Virus record (IMG/VR): IMGVR_UViG_3300013121_000027
Location: 64,001-128,000 of that record
Strand: one strand, 5' to 3'
From: a virus
Lineage: Duplodnaviria > Caudoviricetes
DNA: 64,000 nt
Positions 1 through 10,201 of this stretch are shown here, one piece after another (the stretch's first letter is position 1; every line of letters begins with the position of its first letter). A program made the translations under genes and the position numbers. The notes under the pieces were generated by a model. That model was given only the letters and a program-made list of their open reading frames with translations, made no database searches and was not told the origin of the DNA.

Positions 1-8
1 AAGAGGGA

Positions 9-1055
9 TTGGATTGGGTTTTCGATCCATCTAATTTTATTCCTTATTCTACTATTGCAACCGATGCTTTCGCCGCTAAAGAATATGTAGATCCTGCTCA
101 AAAGGGAGCAAAACTATATACTCTTTATGATGCTACTCATAAGCAATATATACCTTATTATCCTCATAGAATTCCATATGCCAAAGAGTTAAAGCCATTC
201 AATCAATCAATTACCGACATTAATCCTACTCCTTCTTTAACTTCTTTATTATTTACTTTAAAAAGAGATCCAGTAAAATTTGTTCCTCTTTTACAGCAAG
301 AAGAATTTGGTATAGATATTGCTTCCTTTGAATTTTCCCAAAAAGCTCTTCAAATAAAAAATATTCTTGAAAGTAAAATCTGTCCTCACTGTAATAAAAT
401 ATTCCCTCAAATGGAAAAATTTACTTCTGTTCTTGTCGGCATTGATACCGTTGAAAAAATAGTGACAGAAAGTGACATGTGGTGTACGCATTGTGTCGCT
501 ACTTCAACTGCTCAAATCGATATTCATGGAGATACTTTTCCTGCATCTACAGATATATTGCTTTGGAGCGAGCACTATAGTCTATACTTCCTACCCTTTG
601 ACATTACTGAATGTCCAGGTTGTGGAGAATGTCAGCCAAACAATATAGATACTTCTGACTTTTTTGTTTATGGATTGGATTTCGATAATCCCATTGGATG
701 TGTTAACTGTCTATATTCTGAAGACGATGAAGCTCTTTATGTTTGGGATCCATTCATTAAAAAGTATTTCATTAACGAATTAGCAGTTGAAGTTCAAACT
801 CTTCAGATGTTACCAGATCCTCAAACCTTAAAGATATCGGTTTGTCAAGCGCTACAACTTGTCCATCCTACAACCGCAGAACATATTTGTAATTGTGGCA
901 TGTATATAGATGATCCACTTTCTAAGTGCGTAAGTAAAAAAAAAGAAGATAATTCTTTGACATGTGTCACGTGCGTGAATAAAGAACTTATATCTACAGG
1001 TCCACAAATCACTGAAGTTGTTTTAGATACCAAAGGAAAAACCATAGATGAATGA
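9..1055 (+). CDS. Cys-rich hypothetical protein with multiple CxxC pairs (5' end may lie outside the window)
   Basis: CPHC, CTHC, CPGC, CVNC, CVTC motifs; stop overlaps start of JAB gene. Confidence 0.6.
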   Translation: MDWVFDPSNFIPYSTIATDAFAAKEYVDPAQKGAKLYTLYDATHKQYIPYYPHRIPYAKELKPFNQSITDINPTPSLTSLLFTLKRDPVKFVPLLQQEEFGIDIASFEFSQKALQIKNILESKICPHCNKIFPQMEKFTSVLVGIDTVEKIVTESDMWCTHCVATSTAQIDIHGDTFPASTDILLWSEHYSLYFLPFDITECPGCGECQPNNIDTSDFFVYGLDFDNPIGCVNCLYSEDDEALYVWDPFIKKYFINELAVEVQTLQMLPDPQTLKISVCQALQLVHPTTAEHICNCGMYIDDPLSKCVSKKKEDNSLTCVTCVNKELISTGPQITEVVLDTKGKTIDE

Positions 1056-2295
1056 GCAAGAGCTCCAAGAATTAGGCTATGTCAGGCACATAGGTCCTCT
1101 CCCCCTTTTCTGGGGTGCCGAGACTGACTCCATGAAAGATATTGAAGAAGCTGGATTCCAAGACTATTATCTTCTTGCTCAAGAAAAGATAGCTCTTCCT
1201 CCTCAGCAGGGTAAAGCTCAAGAATATGCGTATCGTCCTACCATATTTCTTATCACCAAAACTATCATGGGTCGGGCGGTGACACTTGCTGAACCTAAAG
1301 ATATTAATCTTTTTCAATCCACAAACGAAAGCGCTCAATACTTCATGCCCAAGATGCCTTGGGAAATGGTTCAAAAAATGGATGCGTTCTTTAGGTTAAC
1401 CTATAAGAAACATGGCTCTGAAGCTATTCTTGTTCTTACTTATGATATGGATTATGTAGGCACTGAGAATCCTTCTGCTGGATGGAATTGTATTGCTCCT
1501 AAGCAGAAGAATACCGCTGGTAACTGCGACTATGAACCCGATTCTATTCTTCAATATAAGAAAGATTCAGAACTCATCCTTGGCACTATTCACTCTCATC
1601 CAGAAATGAGTGCATACTTTTCCTCTACTGACCATAAGGATCAGGACGAATGGGACGGTATTCATATTACTCAAGCCTGGAAGGGCACCGGTCCTACCGA
1701 GTATTATATTGCTATGATATTAGGTGGACAACAATGGGTTCTTAAACCTGAACAGGTTTTTGATACTCCTCCTCTTCCTCAAGTTGACACAACTCAAGTT
1801 GAGACCTGGATGGAAAATGTAGAAAAAAAAGCCGTCCAGCCGGCACCGATGACTCAGTATGGCAAGACTTATGGTACCACGGGTACCTCTAATCCGCCAT
1901 TGAGCTTGGCTATGCCGTTGCCCACTCAAGGGTTTATGCCTGCTGATAAAGTACGTGCAATCAAGCTTCCAGCTAACGCTCCCGATCCAGAAACGACAGT
2001 TATCATTCCCGAATATCCCGCCTCTATTCTTACCGATACCGTTCTTCATAAGTGCCGCCTCTGCAACGCACCACTTCTTGCTCAGTGTGTTAATTCTCGT
2101 AGGTGTGTTGCTTGCACTGCCTTTATGTTGATTGAAGGTGAAAGCGTAAAGGATCTTGAAGATTATAGAAATAATGGCAAATGGTCCTATTCACTTTACA
2201 TTGATTTGGAAAAGTCTCCCAATCCTATTTCCATCTATTACTTGGATGAAACTTTCTCTGATGATCAAAGAATTGGTGCCTACCCAAAAGTTTAG
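1048..2295 (+). CDS. JAB/MPN+ metalloprotease (prokaryotic deubiquitinase-like, PRTRC protein A-like) with C-terminal Zn ribbon
   Basis: upstream Glu (GSEA) and GTIHSHPEMSAYFSSTD = HxH-x7-S-x2-D; CRLC...CVAC; adjacent to ThiF and Ubl. Confidence 0.9.
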   Translation: MNEQELQELGYVRHIGPLPLFWGAETDSMKDIEEAGFQDYYLLAQEKIALPPQQGKAQEYAYRPTIFLITKTIMGRAVTLAEPKDINLFQSTNESAQYFMPKMPWEMVQKMDAFFRLTYKKHGSEAILVLTYDMDYVGTENPSAGWNCIAPKQKNTAGNCDYEPDSILQYKKDSELILGTIHSHPEMSAYFSSTDHKDQDEWDGIHITQAWKGTGPTEYYIAMILGGQQWVLKPEQVFDTPPLPQVDTTQVETWMENVEKKAVQPAPMTQYGKTYGTTGTSNPPLSLAMPLPTQGFMPADKVRAIKLPANAPDPETTVIIPEYPASILTDTVLHKCRLCNAPLLAQCVNSRRCVACTAFMLIEGESVKDLEDYRNNGKWSYSLYIDLEKSPNPISIYYLDETFSDDQRIGAYPKV

Positions 2296-2951
2296 GGGAC
2301 ACGGTTGCCCCCTTCGATCATAAAGATCGCCCTAGCCCTGCGTATAGGTTAATATCGTGTCCCGAATGCTATTCTGATTTTGATGATTATACCTACACAA
2401 CTGGCAAGCCTGTCTTAGCTGATCTTTGGTTCTGTACCTATTGTGGTTGCGGAGTTCAAGATTACTTCATTCTAGGAACTGAAGTCTGTTGGTTTGTAGA
2501 CAGTATTGATCTTATAGATGAATTTGAATTTCTTTATGAACCAATTTCTGCGATGACCCAATTGGATCTACAGAATTCGTTTACTTGTTTATGTTGCGAT
2601 CTTCCTATCGAAGATTGTCAAACTTATGGTCAACCCAGATTCAATATTTCTCAAATAAGCATTGAGGACTATATGATTGATCATCATATTATGCGCAGAG
2701 ATATTTATAATGAAAACTTTTCGGATTGCTGCACATGCCAGTTCTATATGACAGATGCTTGTGTTCCTTTAAGAAATATTATTCGTTTTTACCATCAAGC
2801 CAAAGTCATTCCATCCTTTAATTTAGTCGGATGTTATGATTATGAGCAAAATGATGATGCTGATGAATATCTTAACGCATTAAGTGATCAAAAATTTCAA
2901 TCAGAAAAAGAAAAAGATACAATTGTCTTGCCTAAAAAATATACACTTTAA
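2283..2951 (+). CDS. Cys-rich ORF, probably a -1 frameshift extension of the JAB protein
   Basis: frame is open from slippery C CCA AAA (2283-2289) through the annotated ORF 2553-2951 with no start codon before 2553; encodes CPEC...CTYC. Confidence 0.7.
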   Translation, partial: PKSLGDTVAPFDHKDRPSPAYRLISCPECYSDFDDYTYTTGKPVLADLWFCTYCGCGVQDYFILGTEVCWFVDSIDLIDEFEFLYEPISAMTQLDLQNSFTCLCCDLPIEDCQTYGQPRFNISQISIEDYMIDHHIMRRDIYNENFSDCCTCQFYMTDACVPLRNIIRFYHQAKVIPSFNLVGCYDYEQNDDADEYLNALSDQKFQSEKEKDTIVLPKKYTL

Positions 2952-2959
2952 GGATACTA

Positions 2960-3754
2960 ATGGCTAATAACACTAAAAGGATGATCCTGATTGGCTGTGG
3001 AGGTACAGGAACATGGCTTGCCCATGGTCTTGCTAAATCTCTTCAGTTTCAAGCTCCAGGATCTGCTCTTCTTCTTATAGATGGCGATTCATTTGAACCT
3101 AAGAATGCAGAACGTCAACAGTTTTCACATACTGGTAATAAAGCTTACGTTTTAGCCGAAGATATTCAATATCAAAACCAAGCTATATTTGTTATCCCTC
3201 GTGCTGCCTGGATTGTATCTGCTGATGTTGAGGATCAAGTAGATGACGACGAAGCTGATGATGGTGCTGTTGTTGTTGCCCGTATTACTGCAGAATCTTT
3301 GCTTGAAGAGAACGATATTGTTTATGCCTGTGTAGATAACTATGCTGCCCGTAAGTTGATTTTTGATGCCGCAAAGAATCTCTCTAATATAGATGTCTTT
3401 ACTGGTGGCAATGATGAACATCTCTTTGGAACCGTCTATCATTACCGTCGTCGCGATGGACAAGATATAACTTTTCCTCCAGACTATTTCCATGATGAGT
3501 TTATTAATCCTGGAGATAAGAATCCTGGTGAACTCTCCTGCCAAGAAAGAGCAGAGCTTGATGGCGGAACTCAATTGCTCGCTGTAAATATGGCAGTTGC
3601 CTCTCATTTACTTGCCAAAACCGCTCATACGATTTTTGGTACTGAAAAAGAAAATAAGGCTGCCTTGGAAAAGGCAGAAATATACTTTGACCTTGAATTG
3701 GGTCTCTCTCAACCCTATGATCGCCGTCCAGCTTTGGTTGCTGTAACGGTTTAA
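2960..3754 (+). CDS. ThiF/E1-like ubiquitin-activating enzyme
   Basis: IGCGGTG, DGD..EPKNAERQ, CVDNYAAR, candidate catalytic Cys in ELSC. Confidence 0.92.
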   Translation: MANNTKRMILIGCGGTGTWLAHGLAKSLQFQAPGSALLLIDGDSFEPKNAERQQFSHTGNKAYVLAEDIQYQNQAIFVIPRAAWIVSADVEDQVDDDEADDGAVVVARITAESLLEENDIVYACVDNYAARKLIFDAAKNLSNIDVFTGGNDEHLFGTVYHYRRRDGQDITFPPDYFHDEFINPGDKNPGELSCQERAELDGGTQLLAVNMAVASHLLAKTAHTIFGTEKENKAALEKAEIYFDLELGLSQPYDRRPALVAVTV

Positions 3755-3788
3755 TATATAAACACATACAATAAAGGATATATATAAC

Positions 3789-4043
3789 ATGACTACTGGT
3801 GAATCAGCAGCCGCAGCAAGCAGCCCAAGCTCTTCTGGCAAGGCAACTATTAAGTCTGGCGTTCGCGTTCAGCAAATCGAAGCGGGTCAGACTGTCGGAC
3901 AAGCCCGCGCTGAGTGGGCTACTCTGTTCCGCATTCCAACCGATGCGAAAGCTTACAGTGGTACCACTGAGCTGAGCGAAGATACTCAAATCACTCCTGA
4001 TATGAACGTTGAATTCATTAAGAAGAGTGGAGAGAAGGGCTGA
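3789..4043 (+). CDS. ubiquitin-like beta-grasp protein
   Basis: 84 aa, TVGQAR.., C-terminus VEFIKKSGEKG ending in free Gly; directly after E1. Confidence 0.85.
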   Translation: MTTGESAAAASSPSSSGKATIKSGVRVQQIEAGQTVGQARAEWATLFRIPTDAKAYSGTTELSEDTQITPDMNVEFIKKSGEKG

Positions 4044-4063
4044 TTTAAGCCCTAAAGACCTTC

Positions 4064-4124
4064 GGATCCTTTCTCCCTGTTGTCGAGCGTTGTATCAATG
4101 GCTTGACTTCGGGGAGAGGGATCT
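4064..4124 (+). promoter_or_regulatory. long imperfect hairpin after Ubl gene covering the SD of the next gene
   Basis: GGATCCTTTCTCCC...GGGGAGAGGGATCT outer stem, GTCGAGC/GCTTGAC inner stem. Confidence 0.65.
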
Positions 4125-4130
4125 GATACA

Positions 4131-4661
4131 ATGCCTTCTATGGCATTGAATTACACTATCCAAACATTAACGGAAGCTCTTGAATCTATTCTTGGACCTG
4201 AGGCGGCGGCTTTAGTAGCAAGAATAAATGAACTTCCAGGTTCTCACAAGTCTCCTTTTATCGCTTTACCTACAGATATCTCTTCTATTGATGAGATAAC
4301 TCGGCTTATTGCGAAAACTTCAAATGAGTATGGACAAGCTTGTAGGTTAGCTGGTCTTGCCAGAGCTCAATATAAAATAGCCGAAGCTTCTTATAAGTAT
4401 AAGTTTAGAACTTCTATCGGAATGGGAAAGAACTCTTCCGAAAGAGAGTCTAAAGCTTATGCTGCTGCCCAAGCTGAGTACGATAAGATGGTTGTGCTTG
4501 AGGCTATTGTACAGCTTTGTGAATCTATTGAGTCCGCTACTCGTATAGCTTCTGAGTCTTCACGCAGAATGCTGTTAGCAGCTGATCAATCGCAAAAAGC
4601 AGATAGTAGATTTGAGCATTCAGCATCATCCCTATCTGATAAAGACTTCTCTGTCGTATGA
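4131..4661 (+). CDS. helical/coiled-coil hypothetical protein
   Basis: Ala/Glu-rich helical ORF in operon context. Confidence 0.6.
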   Translation: MPSMALNYTIQTLTEALESILGPEAAALVARINELPGSHKSPFIALPTDISSIDEITRLIAKTSNEYGQACRLAGLARAQYKIAEASYKYKFRTSIGMGKNSSERESKAYAAAQAEYDKMVVLEAIVQLCESIESATRIASESSRRMLLAADQSQKADSRFEHSASSLSDKDFSVV

Positions 4662-4933
4662 TGACACAAAAAATTGGTTTTTATTATTCTCTTAATGAAA
4701 ATTGTCCTCATATCTTTTCTACAGTCTTTGTAGAAGACACCTTTACTTTTCCCTATTCTTTAATTAGGGATTGTTTTTCTTGCAATAAAACTCATTCGTT
4801 TAAATATTCATCTTCCTACTTAGTGAATACTCCACGTCAAAGAGCTTTAATGCAAACTTATTCGAAAAAAATAGGCGTTATTGAAGAGAACGTCATAGTC
4901 TAATTATAAAATACAATACCGATAAGGGATAAA

Positions 4934-6547
4934 ATGTCGTCTTTAGTTGACTCTTTGTCAAATCGTACTCCTATTGTCTGGGTTAATACATTGGAACCCG
5001 AAAGGGCTATTGCAGCTATCCCTTCTTTGAAGTCTGATGCAAGACCTCTCTATGTTTATGATGAATTCTCAGGTCTAATGGTTTGGGATCAAGACAAGGA
5101 CACTTGGAAAGTTGTCTTGGTTGAAATTAAGGATCCCGATACAGGTGAAGTAGTCCAAAAGCCAGTCTTTGGTTCTCAACAAGCCTTTGGTTATATCCTT
5201 AACCAGGATCCAAGTATTTATATAGTTCGTAATGCTCATAAAGATATTGATAACCACTTAACTTTATTCTCTGTTTTGTATAATCGTTATCGTTCAACGT
5301 TCTTTTCTGATGACTTGGATAAGCTCCCTACTCAAGTTATTTGCTTTGCGGCAAATGAGCCAGCGCCACCCGAAATCTCTTCAATGACTACAACTGCTGC
5401 ATGGGGATATCCGACTCCCCTTGAGCTTCGCACTATTATAACTAATATTCGTCAGAACTATAAAGACGACGTTGCTTCTGATGAAGATCTTGATGAGCTT
5501 GTCAAGTCTTCAGTCGGTCTTACTGAGCACGATGCTATTGAAGTCTATCTTTCTTCTATTCGTTCTCATGGCACCATTGACAAAAAGACTCTTCGTTCTT
5601 TGCGTCTGGAGCGTCTCAAGGCTATGTCCAATCTTGAAGTGGATGAGCCAAAGGTTCAGCTTTCTGATATTGGTGGTCTTGACAATGCTAAGAAGCTTAT
5701 TCAGCGTGCGGCATGGATTTGGCAGAATCCTGAAGAGGCTGCTAAATACAAGCTTGTTCCTCTTCGTCGCATTCTTCTTCTTGGTCTTTCTGGCTGTGGT
5801 AAATCCTACCTTTGCGAGGGTGCAGCCAGCGCTCTTGGTCTTCAGCTCGCCAAAGGTGGCGTCTCCAAGGCTATGAATAAGTTCATTGGTCAATCAGAGG
5901 CAAATATTACTGCCATGTTTGATCAGATCAATGCAATGTCTCCAATTACTCTTTGGATTGATGAAATTGGTCGTGATCTTTCTGGTGGTGGCTCTTCTAA
6001 CTATACCGATGGTGGCACTACTTCTCGTGTTCATGGATTGTTCTTGACTAAGATGCAAGAGCTCAATAAGGATGTATTTGTTTTTGCGGCTGCCAATAAC
6101 ATTGAATCTTTGGCTCCTGAGATGCTTCGTGCCGACCGCTTTGACAAACTCTTCTTCGTTGGCTTCCCGTCCTATGAAGAACGTCGTGATATCTTTGCCC
6201 TTCATCTCCCCAGAGATGCACAGTTTGATCTTGATGAGTTGGCAAGTCATACTCCGTGTTTTACTGGTGCAGAAATAAAAGCTCTTATTGAGCGTACTAT
6301 TTTTGATATTTCTCCACAATATAACCGTACTATTACCACAGAGGATTTAGTTAAAACTATTCCTTATCAGAAAAACCGTATTTGGATTCGTCATCGTAAT
6401 CTTGCTGTCAATATGTACTCCAGTGCCTTCAACGAATATGAATGGGCTTCTACCTCTCAGTATGGTGAAGCTCAGTTTATTATGAAGGGCGTTGAACCAA
6501 AACAAGGCATCACTGTTAATGCGGGGATGAGTCTTAATCTTAAGTAA
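4934..6547 (+). CDS. AAA+ ATPase (Ycf46-like)
   Basis: DIGGLD, Walker A GLSGCGKS, pore loop KFIGQSE, Walker B LWIDE, SRH PEMLRADRFD. Confidence 0.9.
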   Translation: MSSLVDSLSNRTPIVWVNTLEPERAIAAIPSLKSDARPLYVYDEFSGLMVWDQDKDTWKVVLVEIKDPDTGEVVQKPVFGSQQAFGYILNQDPSIYIVRNAHKDIDNHLTLFSVLYNRYRSTFFSDDLDKLPTQVICFAANEPAPPEISSMTTTAAWGYPTPLELRTIITNIRQNYKDDVASDEDLDELVKSSVGLTEHDAIEVYLSSIRSHGTIDKKTLRSLRLERLKAMSNLEVDEPKVQLSDIGGLDNAKKLIQRAAWIWQNPEEAAKYKLVPLRRILLLGLSGCGKSYLCEGAASALGLQLAKGGVSKAMNKFIGQSEANITAMFDQINAMSPITLWIDEIGRDLSGGGSSNYTDGGTTSRVHGLFLTKMQELNKDVFVFAAANNIESLAPEMLRADRFDKLFFVGFPSYEERRDIFALHLPRDAQFDLDELASHTPCFTGAEIKALIERTIFDISPQYNRTITTEDLVKTIPYQKNRIWIRHRNLAVNMYSSAFNEYEWASTSQYGEAQFIMKGVEPKQGITVNAGMSLNLK

Positions 6548-6563
6548 TTTGTAAGGAAAATTT

Positions 6564-7130
6564 ATGGACAACCATACCGAAATTGATGATCAAAAACCCC
6601 AAGCCATCGAATTAGTTAAGAAGTGGCATCGTACAGGATTTATATCTGTTTCTTATTGGGCGTATGCGGATAAAGTTATTATAGAAATTGGTGCTACCGA
6701 TCCTGATAATGGTAATGCTTTGAAAGGTGCTACCAAATGCTTTCTTCCAGCCCCACAATTTCTTTCCTATCTTCATGCAGAAGTTCATGGAACAATAGAA
6801 AGAATTTATTCTGATTTTACCCCAACAGGTAAAGGTGTTTCGTTCTTTGGTGGAACTATTTCTCCAGTTGTAATTTCTCGCATCTTTAATTCTAAGGTTT
6901 ATTTAGATTATAAGAATAACAATGCACCTGATTTCTTCTTTCGCACCTTTACCTGTGCCCATTATGAAGGTACCACTCGCGATAAAGGTGTTGTAATTCC
7001 TAATTACAAAGCTGAAATTTCTCGTAATACAATGAAACTTTCTCTCATTGACATTGCTGAAATATATCATTTAGTTAATACTCAAATGATTGTTGAGACA
7101 ATGCTTGATGCAATGGTGGAACATAAATGA
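6564..7130 (+). CDS. hypothetical protein
   Basis: 188 aa ORF with SD, tightly packed. Confidence 0.6.
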   Translation: MDNHTEIDDQKPQAIELVKKWHRTGFISVSYWAYADKVIIEIGATDPDNGNALKGATKCFLPAPQFLSYLHAEVHGTIERIYSDFTPTGKGVSFFGGTISPVVISRIFNSKVYLDYKNNNAPDFFFRTFTCAHYEGTTRDKGVVIPNYKAEISRNTMKLSLIDIAEIYHLVNTQMIVETMLDAMVEHK

Positions 7131-7501
7131 CAGATATAAATGATGCGGAAGATCTTCATAAGTTATTATTGAAATCATTAGATGTTCTTAGCAATGCGTA
7201 TGATCAAAAGTTTCTTCGTCTTGAAGAAGCTCAATCTCAACTTGAACAACAAGTAGCAGCGCTTACCGCTGGTTATACCGATATTGCGGCTATTTTAGAA
7301 ACTCTTACTTCAATTACTATTAATAGAAGTGAAGAAGATAAAGAAGAATTTTTTAAAACTTTAGCTCTTTCAAGAAAGAGAATTATCGAGACGCTACAAT
7401 ATGGAATCTCTCTCGCTGAAGAACAACTTGACAAATTTACCGCTCATGCACCAGGTCCTGATGCAAAATCTCAGCCTGATAAAGGTGTCAGCAACGAATG
7501 A
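7127..7501 (+). CDS. coiled-coil hypothetical protein
   Basis: ATGA overlap, heptad pattern. Confidence 0.6.
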   Translation: MTDINDAEDLHKLLLKSLDVLSNAYDQKFLRLEEAQSQLEQQVAALTAGYTDIAAILETLTSITINRSEEDKEEFFKTLALSRKRIIETLQYGISLAEEQLDKFTAHAPGPDAKSQPDKGVSNE

Positions 7502-7700
7502 TTGTTTGATTGTAACTGAATCCCAAGCCCAAATGGATTGGTTGAATTCACCACATCTACTTTCATTATTGTATCCTATTTGCCAGTCTTTAGTTGGAAA
7601 AATAGAGAACTTTTATATTGTTTGTCATTCAATATATGATATGGCTTTAAAAGAAAAAATAGAAGTCCTCTCTTTTAAATCTCTTTAGGAAATATCACAC

Positions 7701-8576
7701 ATGAATTATGCACTCTTTGAAGATTTTGATTCTTATGATTCAGAATGTTTAAATCCAAATCCATTTGATCCTAATGTACATTTGTTTTATAAGCCTGAGC
7801 CCTCTCTTATAAACTTTTTTCTTTCACATTCAGCTACTTTAAATACTGTTCTTAATTTCTTTAGCCTTTCATTGGAAGAAGCCTTTTCTCAGCCTAAACA
7901 AATTGATGAATTTGTACAAAATTTTAAAGTTAATAAGCAGGACTCTAGAATAGTTCCCATGTCATTCTCTGCATTTAAGAAAATACTTTTTTCTATTAAA
8001 AAAGAACATGCTGGTGTTTCTATACCCCAGCATATTTTTAATGCAATGCAGTATTTAATTGCTATTTCTGATTCTGATAATTTTATAAGTGCCTTATCTA
8101 AAACTCAAACGGTTCAAGTTTTAAAAATAGAAAAAAGTTTTCGCTCTTCATTTAAGGATTTTTTTTCTACTTGGGAAGAAGATAATTTACTTGGTTTAGA
8201 TTTGATTTTTATGTTTGCTGTTTTTATTGACCACAGATATATCCCAATATATGAATCTATACCTGGAACTAATAAATTCTCACCCAAATGCTTGTTTACT
8301 CCAGCGGTACAAGCACAAAATCTACTTCGTCAAGTATTTAAATCACAACCTCTTGAATCTTCTCTGCTTAAGAATGAATTCTATAAGAGGTTTTATTTTT
8401 CTTTTGATTCTTTTCATGATTGGCTTGTCAGTCTTGATCAAAGATATTTTAATGAATCCTATTTTAATAGATTATGTGTTTCAGAAAAAATTATAACAGA
8501 TTTATCCCTAAAAAGAATGCAAGCTTTAAATGAAACAAAAGTAAAAGAATTCATTAATCCCTATACATGGCAGTGA
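7701..8576 (+). CDS. hypothetical protein
   Basis: 291 aa ORF. Confidence 0.6.
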   Translation: MNYALFEDFDSYDSECLNPNPFDPNVHLFYKPEPSLINFFLSHSATLNTVLNFFSLSLEEAFSQPKQIDEFVQNFKVNKQDSRIVPMSFSAFKKILFSIKKEHAGVSIPQHIFNAMQYLIAISDSDNFISALSKTQTVQVLKIEKSFRSSFKDFFSTWEEDNLLGLDLIFMFAVFIDHRYIPIYESIPGTNKFSPKCLFTPAVQAQNLLRQVFKSQPLESSLLKNEFYKRFYFSFDSFHDWLVSLDQRYFNESYFNRLCVSEKIITDLSLKRMQALNETKVKEFINPYTWQ

Positions 8577-8577
8577 T

Positions 8578-9414
8578 ATGAACTACGATATTGATCCAAA
8601 AGAAGAATACATGGATGAGGAAAATGACATGGATAACAAACCGATAGCTAATGAAAATCCTCAGGTATATATTGATGCTACTGTCCTAAAAACAATGCTA
8701 TTTAAGGAAAAGAAAATGTCAGATATAGATTACATCGCAATGATCATTAAAACCGTTGTACGGGATGATATGATTACTGATGGCTATGCATCTTATGATG
8801 TCACGCAAAATATTTTTACTTGTACCGTCCCACCTTGGGTAAAAATTGTCAATGTAGATAAGAATTCCGTTGGTCAACATCATTTAGCTGGCATCAGTCA
8901 GTTTCATGATATCCATCAATATCCTTCTATCTTTTCTATTCAGATAGATGATAGTCAAAAGCCCTGTTGTATTTGGTATTCTCCTACTGCTAAAGAGATT
9001 AATAAAATGGGAAGTGAGCAGGTTGCCCATTATCCATATGACAAACCACTCATTAACCCTGGATGTTTTAATCCTGATTTAACTGGTAGTAAAAATGTTT
9101 TTGACGTCTGTGGATATGTGAATCCTATGATGTCTGGATTCTCCCAATGTAAGCATCATACTATGTCTTCTTGGGAAGATGTGACTGTTGCTTATGAAGG
9201 TGATAATAAGAAGTTTGCTATTCAGAGAAAGCTTCTTGGAGCTCGTGTTCCCCATTATGCCGTCTATGATTATGATAACAATGTAATCATATCCGAAGGA
9301 ACATCTATTCCTGAAATCAAAGAATCTTTTGAATCTGTAATACAAGATAAAGGATATAGTATTGTATCTGTATCTGGAAATAAGAATTCATACTTTAAAG
9401 CTATTTTTGCCTAA
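8578..9414 (+). CDS. hypothetical protein
   Basis: 278 aa ORF. Confidence 0.6.
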   Translation: MNYDIDPKEEYMDEENDMDNKPIANENPQVYIDATVLKTMLFKEKKMSDIDYIAMIIKTVVRDDMITDGYASYDVTQNIFTCTVPPWVKIVNVDKNSVGQHHLAGISQFHDIHQYPSIFSIQIDDSQKPCCIWYSPTAKEINKMGSEQVAHYPYDKPLINPGCFNPDLTGSKNVFDVCGYVNPMMSGFSQCKHHTMSSWEDVTVAYEGDNKKFAIQRKLLGARVPHYAVYDYDNNVIISEGTSIPEIKESFESVIQDKGYSIVSVSGNKNSYFKAIFA

Positions 9415-9431
9415 TTTAGTTAGGAAACTTT

Positions 9432-10199
9432 ATGACGTTTAATGATAGATATATTTTATTAGATGATGTAGCTAATACCGCTTACGTTTATTTACCTCTA
9501 ATTGGAGGTGCAACACTTCCTTTATCTACATATTTTAATACTATTCGTCAAGGTTTTCCTAACTTAGGTTTTTTACCTCCAGTTACAAAATTAATTACAT
9601 CTATAGATGACAATAATTGCTTTAAGGTTATAGTTGAAGCAGCCCCTAAGATTAGAACCCTGATGCTACAAGATGCTTATACTAATGAGACTGAAATAGT
9701 AGAGACTCCTTTTCCTTGGCACTCTTATATTTTCACTTTCAAAAGGCATTCTAAGACTCCAATATCTTTAATGGATGTTACATTACTTTTTCAACAACGT
9801 CAAATACAATCTGATTTAGATTTAGTTAATGGATTCTTTTCTTTACCTTGGCTTCCAAATGTCTCTACTGCTCATAATTTGATACTACCTTTAACTATTT
9901 CTAAATATTTGACGACAGATATGAATGCCTTTTATCGAGTTTTTCTTGATTCATTTTGGAATAACTATATTGTTACTAAACCTTCACCAAGTTTAGACCT
10001 TCACGCTAAAGAACAACTTGATTCTTTTGAAAAGATTATAAATTTCTTTGAAAATCTTCAATCTAAAACTCTTGATTGGGCTTGTGATTCTACTAATCAT
10101 ATTAAATTAAATGATTACAACGATTCAGATTTACTTTATCTTTTAAGTCCTTCTTCATTTAATTTGTCTTTTAAATTTGAGAATCTATTTAAGGTTTAA
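9432..10199 (+). CDS. prokaryotic E2-family (Prok-E2_D-like) protein lacking the catalytic Cys (pseudo-E2)
   Basis: LPP...E.AP..R, PFPWHSYIF, PWLPNV, FLDSFWN; paralog of next gene but no Cys after LPNV. Confidence 0.6.
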   Translation: MTFNDRYILLDDVANTAYVYLPLIGGATLPLSTYFNTIRQGFPNLGFLPPVTKLITSIDDNNCFKVIVEAAPKIRTLMLQDAYTNETEIVETPFPWHSYIFTFKRHSKTPISLMDVTLLFQQRQIQSDLDLVNGFFSLPWLPNVSTAHNLILPLTISKYLTTDMNAFYRVFLDSFWNNYIVTKPSPSLDLHAKEQLDSFEKIINFFENLQSKTLDWACDSTNHIKLNDYNDSDLLYLLSPSSFNLSFKFENLFKV

Positions 10200-10201
10200 A
10201 T

